DNA of 47,280 bases from Callorhinchus milii (taxonomy: Eukaryota): positions 1-47,280 of the forward strand of contig NW_024705409.1 in NCBI RefSeq assembly GCF_018977255.1, written 5' to 3'. The translations under genes and the position numbers were made by a program. Shown in pieces: positions 11,185 through 23,590 of this stretch (positions within the stretch are counted from its first letter, which is position 1; every line of letters begins with the position of its first letter). Under the pieces are notes generated by a model. That model had not been told where the DNA came from. It was given only the letters and a program-made list of their open reading frames with translations, and did not search any database.

Positions 11185-11666
11185 ATTAGTTTTAAACAAC
11201 AGGCCACGTGACTAGCCGAGGCTGTGCCACTCTTGAAACTGATTTTGAATGTGAACACGGAAACCTACGGATCCTCCTACACCTGCCTCACACTCTGTGG
11301 GGGGTGGGAGATTAAACCGACCCGGCCACCCCTCGATTGCAAGTGCGGAGTTCTAGGTCCCAACCACTGCACGTCCCTCCCCCCCACCCCCATCACCTGG
11401 GGGTCCCTGTGTGTGTGAGTGTGCAGAGTCCCCCGTGCAGAGCTGCACTGTTGTTACCCTAGAGGGGGGCACCGCAGGGCGATCCACCTACAGATACCCC
11501 AGTCTGCACGTCTCCCGCCGGTCTCCATGCGCACCGCGTGCCGTCTCGTAGCCCTGCCCCGTGCGACGTACGTACAGTACGTACAGTACGTACCCATCCA
11601 GCGGTAGACTGAACCGCGGGCGATGACGAAGGTGGCATCTGCTCACAAATCTCCGAACACTCAGTC

Positions 11667-11957
11667 CAGAGGTCGCAACCGGGTACCCGATACCCGGCCG
11701 GGTACGGGTAGCCGTTTGCGACCCTGGTGCGGCCGGGTACGGGTAGACCGTGAGTCATTGGTGAGTAACTGTCACTCATTTCCCAACGTCTTGTCTCTTC
11801 TCACAATTCAAGTTCCTAGAATCAACCCACCCGCGCCTGCAACATGGCTTCACCTCAGAGGTCGCAATCAGGTACCTGATACCGGGTACGGGTACCTGTT
11901 TACGACGCTGGTGCGGCCGGGTACGGGTAAGGAATCAAAACCCGTTTGCGACCTCTG
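11667..11957. mobile_element. hAT-type MITE (291 bp)
   Basis: 17-bp TIRs CAGAGGTCGCAACCGGG / CCCGTTTGCGACCTCTG, perfect 8-bp TSD ACTCAGTC (11659-11666, 11958-11965), internal GGGTAC subterminal repeats. Confidence 0.85.
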
Positions 11958-12555
11958 ACTCAGTCCCGTAGCCCCGAGCCATCGCTCGCGCGATATTCAC
12001 TTTGCTGCTGAGAGGAAAGCTCCGAGGAGGAGGTGGGGGGGAGGGTGTTGCTAGGAGAGGACATCTGTGGAATGGCTGGAGATCTGCGAAGAAGAGCTTC
12101 ATAGCTCATCGGATTCCTGCGGTATGAAAAAATATTCCGAGAGGGCGTTGGGAGGGGGGGGTGTAGGTATGAGTGGGGCATCTGCACTTGGATCACCCTG
12201 CGTGTTGTTGCTGCCTCCCCCGTTGAAAATGTCCCCAGCGTGAACTTCACCCTTTGCCGTCGCGACGACGCCGCGCGTCGTGCGTGAACGTCGTCGTCGT
12301 GGAACAACAAAACGCAGTAAAAACTAAAGTAACTTTATCGGTACCGAGGCTCCCACAGGGCCACGCGGGGCAGGGAGTGTGGCACAGTTTTGGCGCCGGC
12401 TAGCGCAGAGTGGCGGCGGTCGTGTCGCTACGCTTCTCTGCGGTGAGCAACGGCGTCTTTATAACAACAACAGCAGTGCTGCTGCTGCCACTGCTGCGCC
12501 TCTCTAAATAGAATTAACGAGGGCGAGCCGCGCGCTCGATTCGCGGGATTCTGCG

Positions 12556-12740
12556 GTGAACGGTGACACCCACCCGTGAACGGTGACACCCACCCCGTGA
12601 ACGGTGACACCCACCCCGTGAACGGTGACACCCACCCCGTGAACGGTGACACCCACCCGTGAACGGTGACACCCACCCCGTGAACGGTGATACCCACCCT
12701 GTGAACGGTGACGCCCACCCCGTGAACGGTGACACCCACC
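12556..12740. repeat. 21-bp minisatellite (GTGAACGGTGACACCCACCCC)n, ~9 copies
   Basis: Direct reading. Confidence 0.92.
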
Positions 12741-12935
12741 GACCCTGGAACTCTGCAGACGTCTCGGACGCGGGAAAGGGTTGAGAGATTCTCTGCGTCG
12801 TCCCGGTTGCTCGCGTGATGTCGCACGGTGGTGGCGCGCGTTGACTCTTACACGTTTAAGAAAGTTGAGCGTTAGTTTGTGATTCTGTTTACAATTATAT
12901 ATGTACATACTTAAACTAACAAAAATTTTCTTGGG

Positions 12936-13352
12936 ATTTACCAAATAAGGTCCAACTGGATACGTAGTAGCTCTTTTATCAGACGTGACCACCTGGCCAT
13001 CACAAATGAAAGCTCAACGAAGTGGCTTATCATTGTGTGGACATTTATAGCGGCCAAATACTCTGACTGCGTGATCTCGATTCTAAATGTCGAGGGAAAA
13101 CCGGAGGACCTGGAGAAAAATCCACACGACCACGGGGAGAGAGAGAGACGCGCAAACTCAAAATATACAGCAGGCGTCAGGGTCGGAATCGAACCAACGA
13201 TCTCCTGTATACCAGGAGAGGTAGTTAACATCTCAACATGCGTTCAGAGTATTTGGCTGCTGTGAATGTCACGTGATGAGCCACTTCGGTGCGCTGCTGT
13301 CATTTGTGATAGCCAGGTCGCTACTACACAGCTCAGTGGGGGCCTTACCTGG
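12936..13352 (-). mobile_element. Near full-length V-SINE-like copy (12936-13236, minus) followed by an inverted tail fragment (13245-13352, plus)
   Basis: Tail + V-domain + tRNA-like head homologous to 4008-4256 and 17-104; 13245-13352 matches the reverse complement of the tail. Confidence 0.6.
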
Positions 13353-13387
13353 AAAAGTAAAGTGAAGTAAAACTAAAATCTACTATA

Positions 13388-13680
13388 TTCTTGGTTCTTT
13401 CGGTAAAGTCACGTAGAAGGGAAATAATAAAATAATAAAAATAAAACATAATAAATTATATTCTAATATTATTTTATGTTATTTGGTTATATTATTATTT
13501 TATATTACTTTATTATAGTAATATATTCTATTATTTTATTATTATAATATAAATATTATATTATTATATTTTTTCATTACGTTTTATTTTCATTATTTTA
13601 TTATTTACCTTCTACGTGACTTTACCGAAAGAACCAATAAGATGAATCCCTGCAGTCACGAAAGCTTTAAATCGAAATTT
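13388..13680. mobile_element. Inverted pair of Penelope-like pLTR fragments around an AT-rich spacer
   Basis: TTCTTGGTTCTTTCGGTAAAGTCACGTAGAAGG at 13388 and its reverse complement at ~13608-13640; same sequence as 21560-21660. Confidence 0.6.
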
Positions 13681-13995
13681 TACATAGACTTTGATTGCTT
13701 CAACCAGAAAAACTTTAATAATAACCCTAAAAATGCTTAAATTGATCAAATTGAGATTCTTACTTCCATTTATACGCTTTTTAGATGTCGATTGAAGTTC
13801 GTTGTCGGCTGTTCTCTGTGTGGATAATTGCCTTTGAACTTTCACATGGGGCATATTCTGCCCTGGAGGGGGGTATGGTCTGGACCAGTCTAGTTTAAAC
13901 CCCCGGGTCTAGTTTAGCCTAGGACACTTTATCCCCCGGGTATACTCTGGCCTGGGCCAAACTATACCCGGGTTTAATCGGGGCAGGGTTTTTTA

Positions 13996-14325
13996 AAATC
14001 CTTTATATTAAGTTCACTTGCTTGCTTGCTTGCGCGCTTACGACCGTGCAAATCTTTCAGTCGTTTTTAACCCACTTCCCGTGATCCAATCGAGCTGACA
14101 TTTTGCACACAGACTCGTTGTGCGTGACAATTTATTTTCGTGAAATTTTTTTCCAAAATTTTACACTTTTTAGGAATTTTATATTTAATTACCAATTGCT
14201 TAATGGTGGCAGGCAATCATCTGACCCATAGGTGGCAGCCATCTCAAGCCAGAGGACGAGAGGACTCTAGCCGCCACGCATATAAAGGATTTATAGTGAA
14301 AAACTTTGTTTTTACGGGTTAATTT
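13996..14325. mobile_element. Possible Helentron-associated (DINE-1/HINE-like) non-autonomous element
   Basis: Subterminal inverted repeat AAATCCTTTATA / TATAAAGGATTT with an internal (CTTG)n microsatellite; classification is inference. Confidence 0.3.
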
Positions 14326-14841
14326 TTAGCCTGTTCACCGGTATCTCCAGGAGGTCGGAGCGACTTACTCTGTGGTGACACTTTTCCGTGACAGAGGTTT
14401 GGTTTTTGTTGTTGTTGTTGGGTTAGAGATCTCGTAAACATCAACATTGTGTCGTTAACCCACCACCCACCACCATCGCCTGACACGGCCAATCAGTCAG
14501 GGTTTGTCACGTAAACGAAACGTGCCAATTGGTTACCAACTTCAGCACACACAGCGCTTGTGTGTCGGGGAGAGTGAACCCACAACAGCATTTACAATTC
14601 GAGTACCGGTGACGTTTCGCCGGTGATTACAAACAACGGCGACCGGTTTCATCGGGCGATGTGCCAGGATTGTGATCCAACGCCATCTAACCCAGCAGCA
14701 GCAGACAGCAACGACGACAACAAAAACCTTCATCACAGACACCGCTGGTCGCAAGAGACTGCGCGTGGCGCTTTGTGTTGCCGTTGCCACGAATCGTCGA
14801 AGCGCGTTCACGATCTGTTGTTCTCCTGTAACGCGGTGGTC

Positions 14842-15093
14842 ATTTCGATTTAAAGCTTCTTTCGTGACTGCAGGGATCCATCTTCTTGGTTCTTTCGGTA
14901 AAGTCACGTAGAATGGAAATAATAAATAATAAAATAAAGCAATAAAGTAACAGTTTTATTTTTATTATTTAGTTAATAAAAGAAAAAAATATTATTTAAT
15001 AATAAAATAATGCTAATAAAACTATTATTTTATTGGTTTATTTTTATTATTTTATTATTTCCATTCTCCGTGACTTTACCGAAAGAACCAAGA
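14842..15093. mobile_element. Second inverted pair of Penelope-like pLTR fragments around an AT-rich spacer
   Basis: ATTTCGATTTAAAGCTT...CTTGGTTCTTTCGGTAAAGTCACG, with reverse complement CGTGACTTTACCGAAAGAACCAAGA at ~15069-15093. Confidence 0.6.
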
Positions 15094-15247
15094 GGAGGTG
15101 GTCATTGTTGCGTTCCTGAAGAACACCGCGTTGTGGAGAAATAATATAAACTATAGGGGGTGAAGCGTGGTCCGCAACTGCTCGCTGCTAATCCTAACAA
15201 CACCAATCCTAGTCGTCATCCCTGCACGGCAATGATGGTAACACTAT

Positions 15248-15476
15248 GACCCAACAAAATTACACATCACACTGTCCTACAGATTTCAATTCACACGATC
15301 CTACAGATTTCAAGTCACACGCCCCTACAGACTTCAATTCACACGACCCTACAAACTTCAATTCACAAAACCCTACAGATTTCAATTCACACGCCCCTAC
15401 AGACTTCAATTCACAAAACCCTACAAAACTTAAATTCACACGACCCTACAAATTTCAATTCACACTCCCCTACAGA
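15248..15476. repeat. 24-bp minisatellite (TACAGATTTCAATTCACACGACCC)n, ~9 copies
   Basis: Direct reading; gives the 8-aa PTDFNSHD periodicity of ORF 15246. Confidence 0.88.
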
Positions 15477-15717
15477 TGTGTTTTGGTCATGTGCCTACCT
15501 TTCCTATACTCTCCACTGCTACGGTGTTTATTGTGTCGTGTTTGTTGTTGTGGCGTTCTGACCACGTGCCCCGACTGGACACCTGTGGACAATAAAGAGC
15601 TTCACAGCTCATCGGATTCCTCCTCCAGAATAAAAATTTAAACTTTAAAAACTCTGATGACGTCACTGCGTGGTGACGTCACGCGTCTAGCCCCCTCCAC
15701 TCCCCGTTACCCCCCAC

Positions 15718-15747
15718 NNNNNNNNNNNNNNNNNNNNNNNNNNNNNN
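15718..15747. other. Assembly gap (30 N)
   Basis: Run of n. Confidence 1.
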
Positions 15748-18700
15748 ATATGCCGTCTAAATAGGCGTTGTTGAGTCGTGGCACCTCGCCAGTTCGCAAA
15801 AGACGTATGCCATGACATTGACATTACCAAACTGTGGCTTCTGACATCCATCTAATCTTTGGACGTCTGATTTAGGTGGGCGAGATCTTGCTGCACTGCC
15901 ATCATTATCAGGGATTTAGGGTACGCTGGTCTTACATTCAGGGCAAACTCACAAGACCCGAATTTGTTATATATGCGCGATTCCTATTCCACCAGCGAGG
16001 ATTAATCGATCTGAAGTGGTAGCGGCAGCCTATAAGGCCGTGCCCCAGAGTACTCCAGATTGCTCCCGCATTCTGCCAAACTTGACCACATTGATTTCCT
16101 CCAGTGTCACATGGTGACTATGCGCACGATACATATGAGCGTCCGAAAATGCCAGCTCCCGAGTCACGGTAGCGACCTCAAAAAAATTACGCCTCGCGTT
16201 GAGGCGTGAATGATACGTCAAAGATCTATGATAGGCGCCATTGGTTTTCCACGGTGCTATTAATTTCTACTGCCGAAACAGTAGGGGCTGGATGTGATAA
16301 TTCATAAATCCGATGGGCGTGATTCCGAAGTGGATTGCATTAATGAAATGGGTATTACTTGAGGTGGCACTCCTGTCTCGACTCGGCACAGCCGCGATGC
16401 TCACGCTAGGCCTGATACTCGATTCTAAGAACCGGTCCCCATGGAAACAGTTGCTTTCCAGCTAACTAGAGAAGTTTCCCAGACTTCAGTTCATGGCGTG
16501 CGTAATTGCGGACCCCTTATGGTATTTACCTGCTATTTTTTATCCGGCAGGCTCCGCACCTCCCAAGAGTTTTGGTTACCTTGGGAGCTTAGCATCATTG
16601 ATTATAATGACTCTCCACCTGTTTCGGTGTATCAGATTCGGGGTGAGACATTTTCTTGAAAGGCGTTAACATGGCAGTTACGATTAAGCTTTTGAAATCG
16701 AACAGCATGCGAGTAATGAGGACTAACGGTCCTCAGAGACCGAGGGCTTTTAGTATCTACGGATCCCTATACGTAATAGGGTTAGCCTAGGCCGGGCCCG
16801 TTGTGATTATGGAAGTGATAAGAGCCTCTATGCAACAGAGTGCTTAAGCACTATGGCGCTGCCTACGGATGAGGCCAGACTTAATCCCGTGCTAAACCCG
16901 ACATCTTTTACTGATCCTCAGCGAAGGTCTAGACATGTATACGCCGAGTAGGACAGAGCCTCGAACAGTATTAACTCAGCATTTGCGACCACAACTTATG
17001 CTCAAGCAGCTGTCTCTCCGGGTAAGGTGATGCAACGGAGTACATTCGACTATCATCTCGTCTAACTGCCACTTTAATGGGAGACAATGTTGTCCAATGC
17101 TGATATCCTAGGCCAGCCTAGGCGGGGAGTTTTAAGTGCAGTATGCCGCACCCGTTCAAGTCATGTTCCATGGGTTACCGCCAGACTCCTAGGTGATTGA
17201 CAGCACCGAAGACACGTGTGGTATATAACTTGGCCAAGGCTATATTTTGTCGTTGAACTCTTGTTGCCCTGCCGTGCGTCAGTATGCTTAGCGATATGAA
17301 TTCGTGGTTTCATGTCGTGTTCTCTTTGATATACCTACTATTCCCCTTTCTGTTTCGAACGTATCCGTCAGATATATTGGGTTTGAATTTCACCGGCCTT
17401 TTATCCTACCGTTATGTCAATCCGCAACGGTTGGCGCTGAGATGACAGGTATTCAACCAGCGACGGCGATGCCGATCGGGAGACGGGCTTATGAGTAGAG
17501 CATCCAACTTACCACTTCCGATTTGCAGAGGGCGGGCAGCGCCCTTGTGGGGCGGTATAATGATACAGAGCTAGATAGCGGACTCGATTTGCCAGCCAAC
17601 CCGAACGACTCGTATTGGCGACGGTCATTCATTCGCACCGAAAACATCATGTCTGAACTCCGCTAGGGATGGTAGTCAGTTAGCCGGTACAACAGGAGTC
17701 ATGCTTGCCACAAATCAAGTCAACGCACAGGTGCGCCAACTGAGAGATCGAGTTTTTAGTTCCGATTTGCCTAGCAGACCCAACGAGCACCCTCCAGCAC
17801 AATAGTTGAGCAAAGGTCTTACGCTAAGGCCGCCTGGCAGACCAAGGCGAACATTGGGGCTACGTAATACATGCTACTGGACTGCAGTGCTGTTTTCGAC
17901 CACCTTTCGCTTCAAAATAACTCAGTTTCTATTACAACAATCTCACGACGTAGACATTCTCGGACTCATAAGCCGATTAGTCTGGCTTATAACGAGGTTA
18001 GGTCACAACGTTTGGTGCCGTGCGCTGAGGGAGAGCATAGGTGGTAGCGACTGGCGACACTAGTATTAACCCGCAATCAGCACAAGCTTGAAATCCTTAT
18101 AGATCCTAAATGTTATACCATCGTGACTAGTGCGTGGAAGACTAAACAACTACCAATAAGTCACCTCGTGGTGATCCCCCAAACCGGATGATATAAGTGG
18201 TGGCGTGCTTTTTCGCAATGATACGTTCTCTGTATTCACGGACATTGATGCATTCCCAATACCTTCCGTCTGGGCCGGAATTCGTAGTGCTTGGCCGGAA
18301 AATTCAGAACTACTACATTCCGCCCTCCCACCACCATTAGTTCGAAATTCAGTTATTGTGTTCTAGGAAGATGGCTAGTGCTTCGTACAGCAGAGAGGTT
18401 GCATTCATCAGGATGAACTACGCCCCAAGGTCACTTGAACATAAATAATGACAAACCAAATACAATTGTCTGCACGCCGCATTCGAACCGAGGAAGAATC
18501 GGTGAACAGCGACTAAGAACGTAGAACTCAACAGTTCATGTACGGTCGCAAACAGCAAGAAAGCGCTTCTGCCTACTTGGGTCCTCACACGGGACTACAC
18601 GTTACTACGGCAATTCCAGCGTCCCACGATTATTCGACTTTTGGACGGCGGGGTAAGCCGTATTTCAGAGATCATTTCTAGGCATTTCCCGAAATTATGG

Positions 18701-21455
18701 TAACCTATTCTGATTGTGTTAAGAAAATGGGAAAGAAAACGACGCCACGTAAGATGTTCGGTCGGGCACGAGGAAATGTTGAGTGCTACCCTAGGCGCTT
18801 CCCCAATAAGGACGGCTGGCAGTATCACAAGACCTCCGTTTGGTAAGGGGTTGAAGCCTAGAACTACAAGCGGGTTAAGTCATACACCATCTCAGGAACT
18901 ATTCTAAGATCTAGTTATTAAAAGCCTCTTAGCCGTTAGGCCTTCTATGACAACCACGGACCGCTCTGGTGCAATATAGGTGCGGGGAAAATACGCTGAA
19001 TATTCGCGTCGCATGAGCTTTGATTGAGGTGTCCCACCTACATATGGCAGGAGGTTGTATGTGCGCCCCGGACTTAATCGTACGAACCAGCGCAGCCTCA
19101 TTTTAGCTCTCCCGGAGCAGCACCCTTTAATACCCATTGGGCTCTCACCGTGACTGAATCCTGATCGTTCCGGGCGTGTCCCCGATTGACTTGGTACAAA
19201 AAGCCTGCCTTCCCCTTTCCAACCGCCAGAGTGACGGTATCGTGTCTTATGACATCTTTGGAATTCTAGGCACACCAATGGAAGCCTGATCTGGTGGATC
19301 TTACCGAACGTATGAATGGTTAGAGCTAATTATGTGTTAGATCCTACGCGGACCGGAGACCCATGACCAGAGGAGAATCCTCTATTTGGCAGCGCAAGAC
19401 CTCGCAGTAGAGAGCAGGTCGACAAACATAGTCGACTGGTTGACCAGCGGATATGAATTTAAATATTCACCCTTTGTCAGGCTTTCGCTAGTCCGTTATT
19501 TACGTTACCATTATGACTGAGACATGGTCATAACAGAGAGAGACTTGCTACGTACTGTGATGCTAGTTCTGCGAACCTGTAACTCTGGGAGCGAGTTTTA
19601 CAAACACGCTTTAGCACTCTCAATGACGTGTGTCCCACGGAGTATTAGTAAGGCTGTCTGACTCTAGTCCTGAATTGTTCGACCGGTTGTGTTTGTTGCG
19701 CTTCGACCCTAGCGGTTAAGCAGAACACTTGATTTGGGAGTTGGGTCTGTAGATGGGATTTTTGCGGACGCCTACCTGTATATGCCTGTGCATGGTTTCG
19801 GTAGAGCCTCCTCGGGCTCGAAGGTTTTTTAGCTGGGCTGACAGGGCATCGGTACAGTCGAAGCAGCCCTTGGCGAGCGGTACCGGCTGGTAATTAGTAC
19901 GTGGTACATATTTATCTTGTGGCTTACAATTAGAACTCTGCCAAACAATGCGAGCGCGAAATTACGACTTTCAACCTCGCAGCAGTTTCATTACTGCACC
20001 GTCCTTTTCCGACTACCGACCCAACCTTAACATTCTTCATCCCGCGCTTGACCGTTGCTTTGATCCACGAGTTCTCAGTGTACCGGGCATTGCGAACCAG
20101 TAAGCTTTGTGTGGTAGGTCTTGGATACTGACAGGGTAATCGGTTGGATCTCGAACTCCTTTTTATATGTATCCGGAGCGATAAGGGGCTGGTCGTGTTT
20201 TCCGATGGGCGGCAACGGTTGGAGTGTAATCCAGCTACTAGGGGCTTCTATGACACTTTGGTCTCAGAATGGCACTTCAATGGGCGAGAATATGGGCCCT
20301 CTACAGCAGAAAGCGGATACGTGCCACTGCATACTCCGTCCGTAGATGCGCATGCGGGAGCGTCAACGTGTGGGCACCACACCACCCCGACACGTACTGT
20401 TGCGTCTTCACTAATACAGCGCTTCGTTGCATTAACAAGTGAACACTAAACGAATCAGTTAGGGTTAATTACTGGCACTGCCAGGGCTTCACTTTAGCAG
20501 TGCACTCAAGGTCCTCTCGACAGGCAAATATACTTGGGGGCCTACCTATTGCAGTGCTGACTTTCCCCAATGACCACGTCATGATTTATCTGCTACTACT
20601 CAGGGTAGTCGGTCATTGTGTTAGCATATCAAAGTTTCAGTTCTCGGTTAATTGTGCTGTCCACTTTCCGTCCGGGACACGGAAAGGTTGTTAACGCAAC
20701 GCGTAATGTCCACACTTGCGTTGTTAAAAAATTATAAGGGATTAGGGCAGGAAGTGAGCGTCCACCCCTGGCGCAACTCGGTCGGCTTAATTGTTTGGCC
20801 CCTACCTCGCTTGATATCGAACACAGGCCATTGCGCCGCATCGAGTCGTACGGGCGACCTACCTTACGATCACGCTACCAGCCGTTGTTAGCTAGAGTCA
20901 CTTCAAGCTTCGCCGGCAGGACGCGTGTGCCGCCGAAGCGCTTAAAACGGCCACGATCGTCGGAGTTTATGTTAGCCGTGCGGATATATTTTCCGACACT
21001 AAGACGTCCAACCAGGAAGTTCCAGTCACTAGCTAATACCAAGGAGGATTGAGGCGAGTTAGCCAGCAGCCTTTAGTTTCTACCCAGGTGGATCCCAAGA
21101 TTGAGCTGCGTGGGATAACACCTCTGCGTACAAAGTGCAAGCGCGTATTAAGAAGCCTAAAAACTCGCGCGTAGCATGAGGAAGTTTATTACTGGGTAGG
21201 TCGATGGAAATACCAAAGAGTGCCTTAAACTGTCTAACTTCTATGGGATGTCCAAACTATGGCACCCTGTGCGTGGGCTCTCTTTAATCTCATCCTATCA
21301 GTTTAGCCCTGAAGACGTGGGCTAGAGGTCTTAATCAGGATACTACAAGGAGAGCTGCCACGACGCAAATCAAAATTTGAAGCCCGTCGCGTAGCTAAGG
21401 ACGGCTATTCTGTTTAGATGACTGGAAGAGAGGGGTATATCATGCGCAACCAATT
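15748..21455. other. Featureless, random-looking segment with no supportable annotation
   Basis: Roughly even base usage by eye; no microsatellites, no long homopolymers, none of the repeat families found on both sides; longest ORF 124 aa with no recognisable motif. Right boundary is approximate (+/-40 bp). Confidence 0.75.
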
Positions 21456-21698
21456 GGCATCTCTTCAGAAAGGTGAGAGACTCGATTAGCTGAGCCTTCT
21501 TATCACGGAGCTTGTTGAAGGATCTCAAAGTTATGTGGAAACCCTCCCCGTAGAGGCGGTTAAATTTCGATTTAAAGCTTTCGTGACTGCTGGGTTTCAT
21601 CTTCTTGGTTCTTTCGGTAAAGTCACGTAGAAGGGAAGTAATAAAATAATAAAAATAAAACATAATAAAATAAAATAATTCTCACGACGTTTCGGCTG
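21456..21698 (-). mobile_element. Penelope-like retroelement pLTR fragment including the ORF N-terminus
   Basis: Minus strand: GCCGAAACGTCG, an AT-rich tract, then MKPSSHESFKSKFNRLYGEGFHITLRSFNKLRDKKAQLIESLTFLKRC, resembling Penelope ORF N-termini (RLYGE...FLKRC). Recognised from memory, no search run. Confidence 0.6.
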
Positions 21699-21777
21699 CG
21701 TGCGTGCGTGTGTTCACGTGTGTTCACGTGTGATCACGTGTGTGCGTGTGTTCACGTGTGTGCGTGTGCTCACGCAG

Positions 21778-21854
21778 GAGGAGGCAAGGGGGCTGCTTCA
21801 CGCTGGGCCACCGTGGGAGAGTCGCACGCGAGGGCAGCTCCCAGCAAGCGCAAG
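21778..21854 (+). CDS. Candidate 77-bp exon A (phase 1 to 0), repeated in each array unit
   Basis: Acceptor cacgcAG|GA, donor AAG|GTctct (weak); (G)GGKGAASRWATVGESHARAAPSKRK; phase-compatible with exon B on both sides. Confidence 0.35.
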
Positions 21855-21991
21855 GTCTCTGTGCACAGCGCACGGCACTCCTCTCGTTACAGCTGCTGCT
21901 GCTGCTGTTGTCTTTAGTTTGTTGTCCTTCCGCCGCACCTCCCATTAGCGAGGTTGGCTACGTACGGTTACAAAGAAATTCAACATACATA

Positions 21992-23590
21992 CAGTGAGGG
22001 AAAAAAGTATTTGATCTCCTGCTGATTTTGTACGTTTGCCCACTGACAAATAAATGATCAGTCTATAATTTTAATGGTAGGTTTATTTGAACAGTGAGAG
22101 ACAGAATAACAACAACAAAATCCAGAAAAACGCATGTAAATTTTTTATAAATTGATTTGCATTTTAATGAGGGAAATAAGTATTTGACCCCTCTGCAAAA
22201 CATGACAGTACTTGGTGGCAAAACCCTTGTTGGCAATCACAGAGGTCAGACGTTTCTTGTAGTTGGCCACCAGGTTTGCACACATCTCAGGAGGGATTTT
22301 GTCCCACTCCTCTTTGCAGATCTTCTCCAAGTCATTAAGGTTTCGAGGCTGACGTTTGGCAACTCGAACCTTCAGCTCCCTCCATAGATTTTCTATGGGA
22401 TTAAGGTCTGGAGACTGGCTAGGCCACTCCAGGACCTTAATGTGCTTCTTCTTGAGCCACTCCTTTGTTGCCTTGGCTGTGTGTTTTGGGTCATTGTCAT
22501 GCTAGAATACCCATCCACGACCCATTTTCAATGCGCTGGCTGAGGGAAGGAGGTTCTCACCCAAGATTTGACGGTACATGGCCCCGTCCATCGTCCCTTT
22601 GATGCGGTGAAGTTGTCCTGTCCCCTTATCAGAAAAACACCCCCAAAGCATAATGTTTCCACCTCCATGTTTGACGGTGGGGATGGTGTTCTTGGGGTCA
22701 TAGGCAGCATTCCTCCTCCTCCAAACACGGCGAGTTGAGTTGATGCCAAAGAGCTCCATTTTGGTCTCATCTGACCACAACACTTTCACCCAGTTGTCCT
22801 CTGAATCATTCAGATGTTCATTGGCAAACTTCAGACGGGCATGTATATGTGCTTTCTTGAGCAGGGGGACCTTGCGGGCGCTACAGGATTTCAGTCCTTC
22901 ACAGCGTAGTGTGTTACCAACTGTTTTCTTGGTGACTATGGTCCCAGCTGCCTTGAGATCATTGACAAGATCCTCCCGTGTAGTTCTGGGCTGATTCCTC
23001 ACCGTTCTCATGATCATTGCAACTCCACGAGGTGACATCTTGCATGGAGCCCCAGGCCGAGGGAGTATGACAGTTCTTTTGTGTTTCTTCCATTTGCGAA
23101 TAATCACACCAATTGTTGTCACGTTCTCACCAAGCTGCTTGGCAATGGCCTTGTAGCCCATTCCAGCCTTGTGTAGGTCTACAATCTTGTCCCTGACATC
23201 CTTGGAGAGCTCTTTGGTCTTGGCCATGGTGGAGAGTTTGGAATCTAATTGATTGTTTCTGTGAACAGGTGTCTTTTATACAGGTAACAAGCTGAGATTA
23301 GGAGCACTCCCTTTAAGAGTGTGCTCCTAATCTCAGCTCGTTACCTGTATAAAAGACACCTGGGAGCCAGAAATCTTTATGATTGAGAGGGGGTCAAATA
23401 CGTATTTCCCTCATTAAAATGCAATTCACTTGATAACATTTTTGACATGCGTTTTTTTGGATTTTGTTGTTGTTATTCTGTCTCTCACTGTTCAAATAAA
23501 CCTACCGTTCAAATTATAGACTGATCACTTCTTTGTCAGTGGGCAAACGTACAAAATCAGCAGGGGATCAAATACTTTTTTCCCTTACTG
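21992..23590 (-). mobile_element. Full-length Tc1 transposon (IR/DR type, Passport-like), unit 1
   Basis: TA|CAGTGAGGG...CCCTTACTG|TA; ~200-bp TIRs each with inner and outer repeat (GGGGATCAAATAC / GGGGTCAAATAC); 1599 bp. Confidence 0.96.
22208..23227 (-). pseudogene. Tc1 DD34E transposase, inactivated by an in-frame TAG
   Basis: [19 protein letters not shown]...WSDETK...GWVF*HDNDPKH...[11 protein letters not shown]...ANKGFATKY. The stop at 22502-22504 replaces the Q of QHDND; 34 residues lie between the second D and the E. Confidence 0.93.

Noticed and set aside
15748..21455. Short ORFs as viral or bacterial genes; repeated 11-mer TTCCGATTTGC (~17517, ~17761)
   Set aside because: ORFs are at most 124 aa, sparse and motif-free; a few 11-mer matches are expected by chance in 5.7 kb.
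22502..23227. Active or domesticated 241-aa transposase
   Set aside because: The stop precedes the second Asp and the Glu of the DDE triad; retention in all units is explained by tandem duplication.
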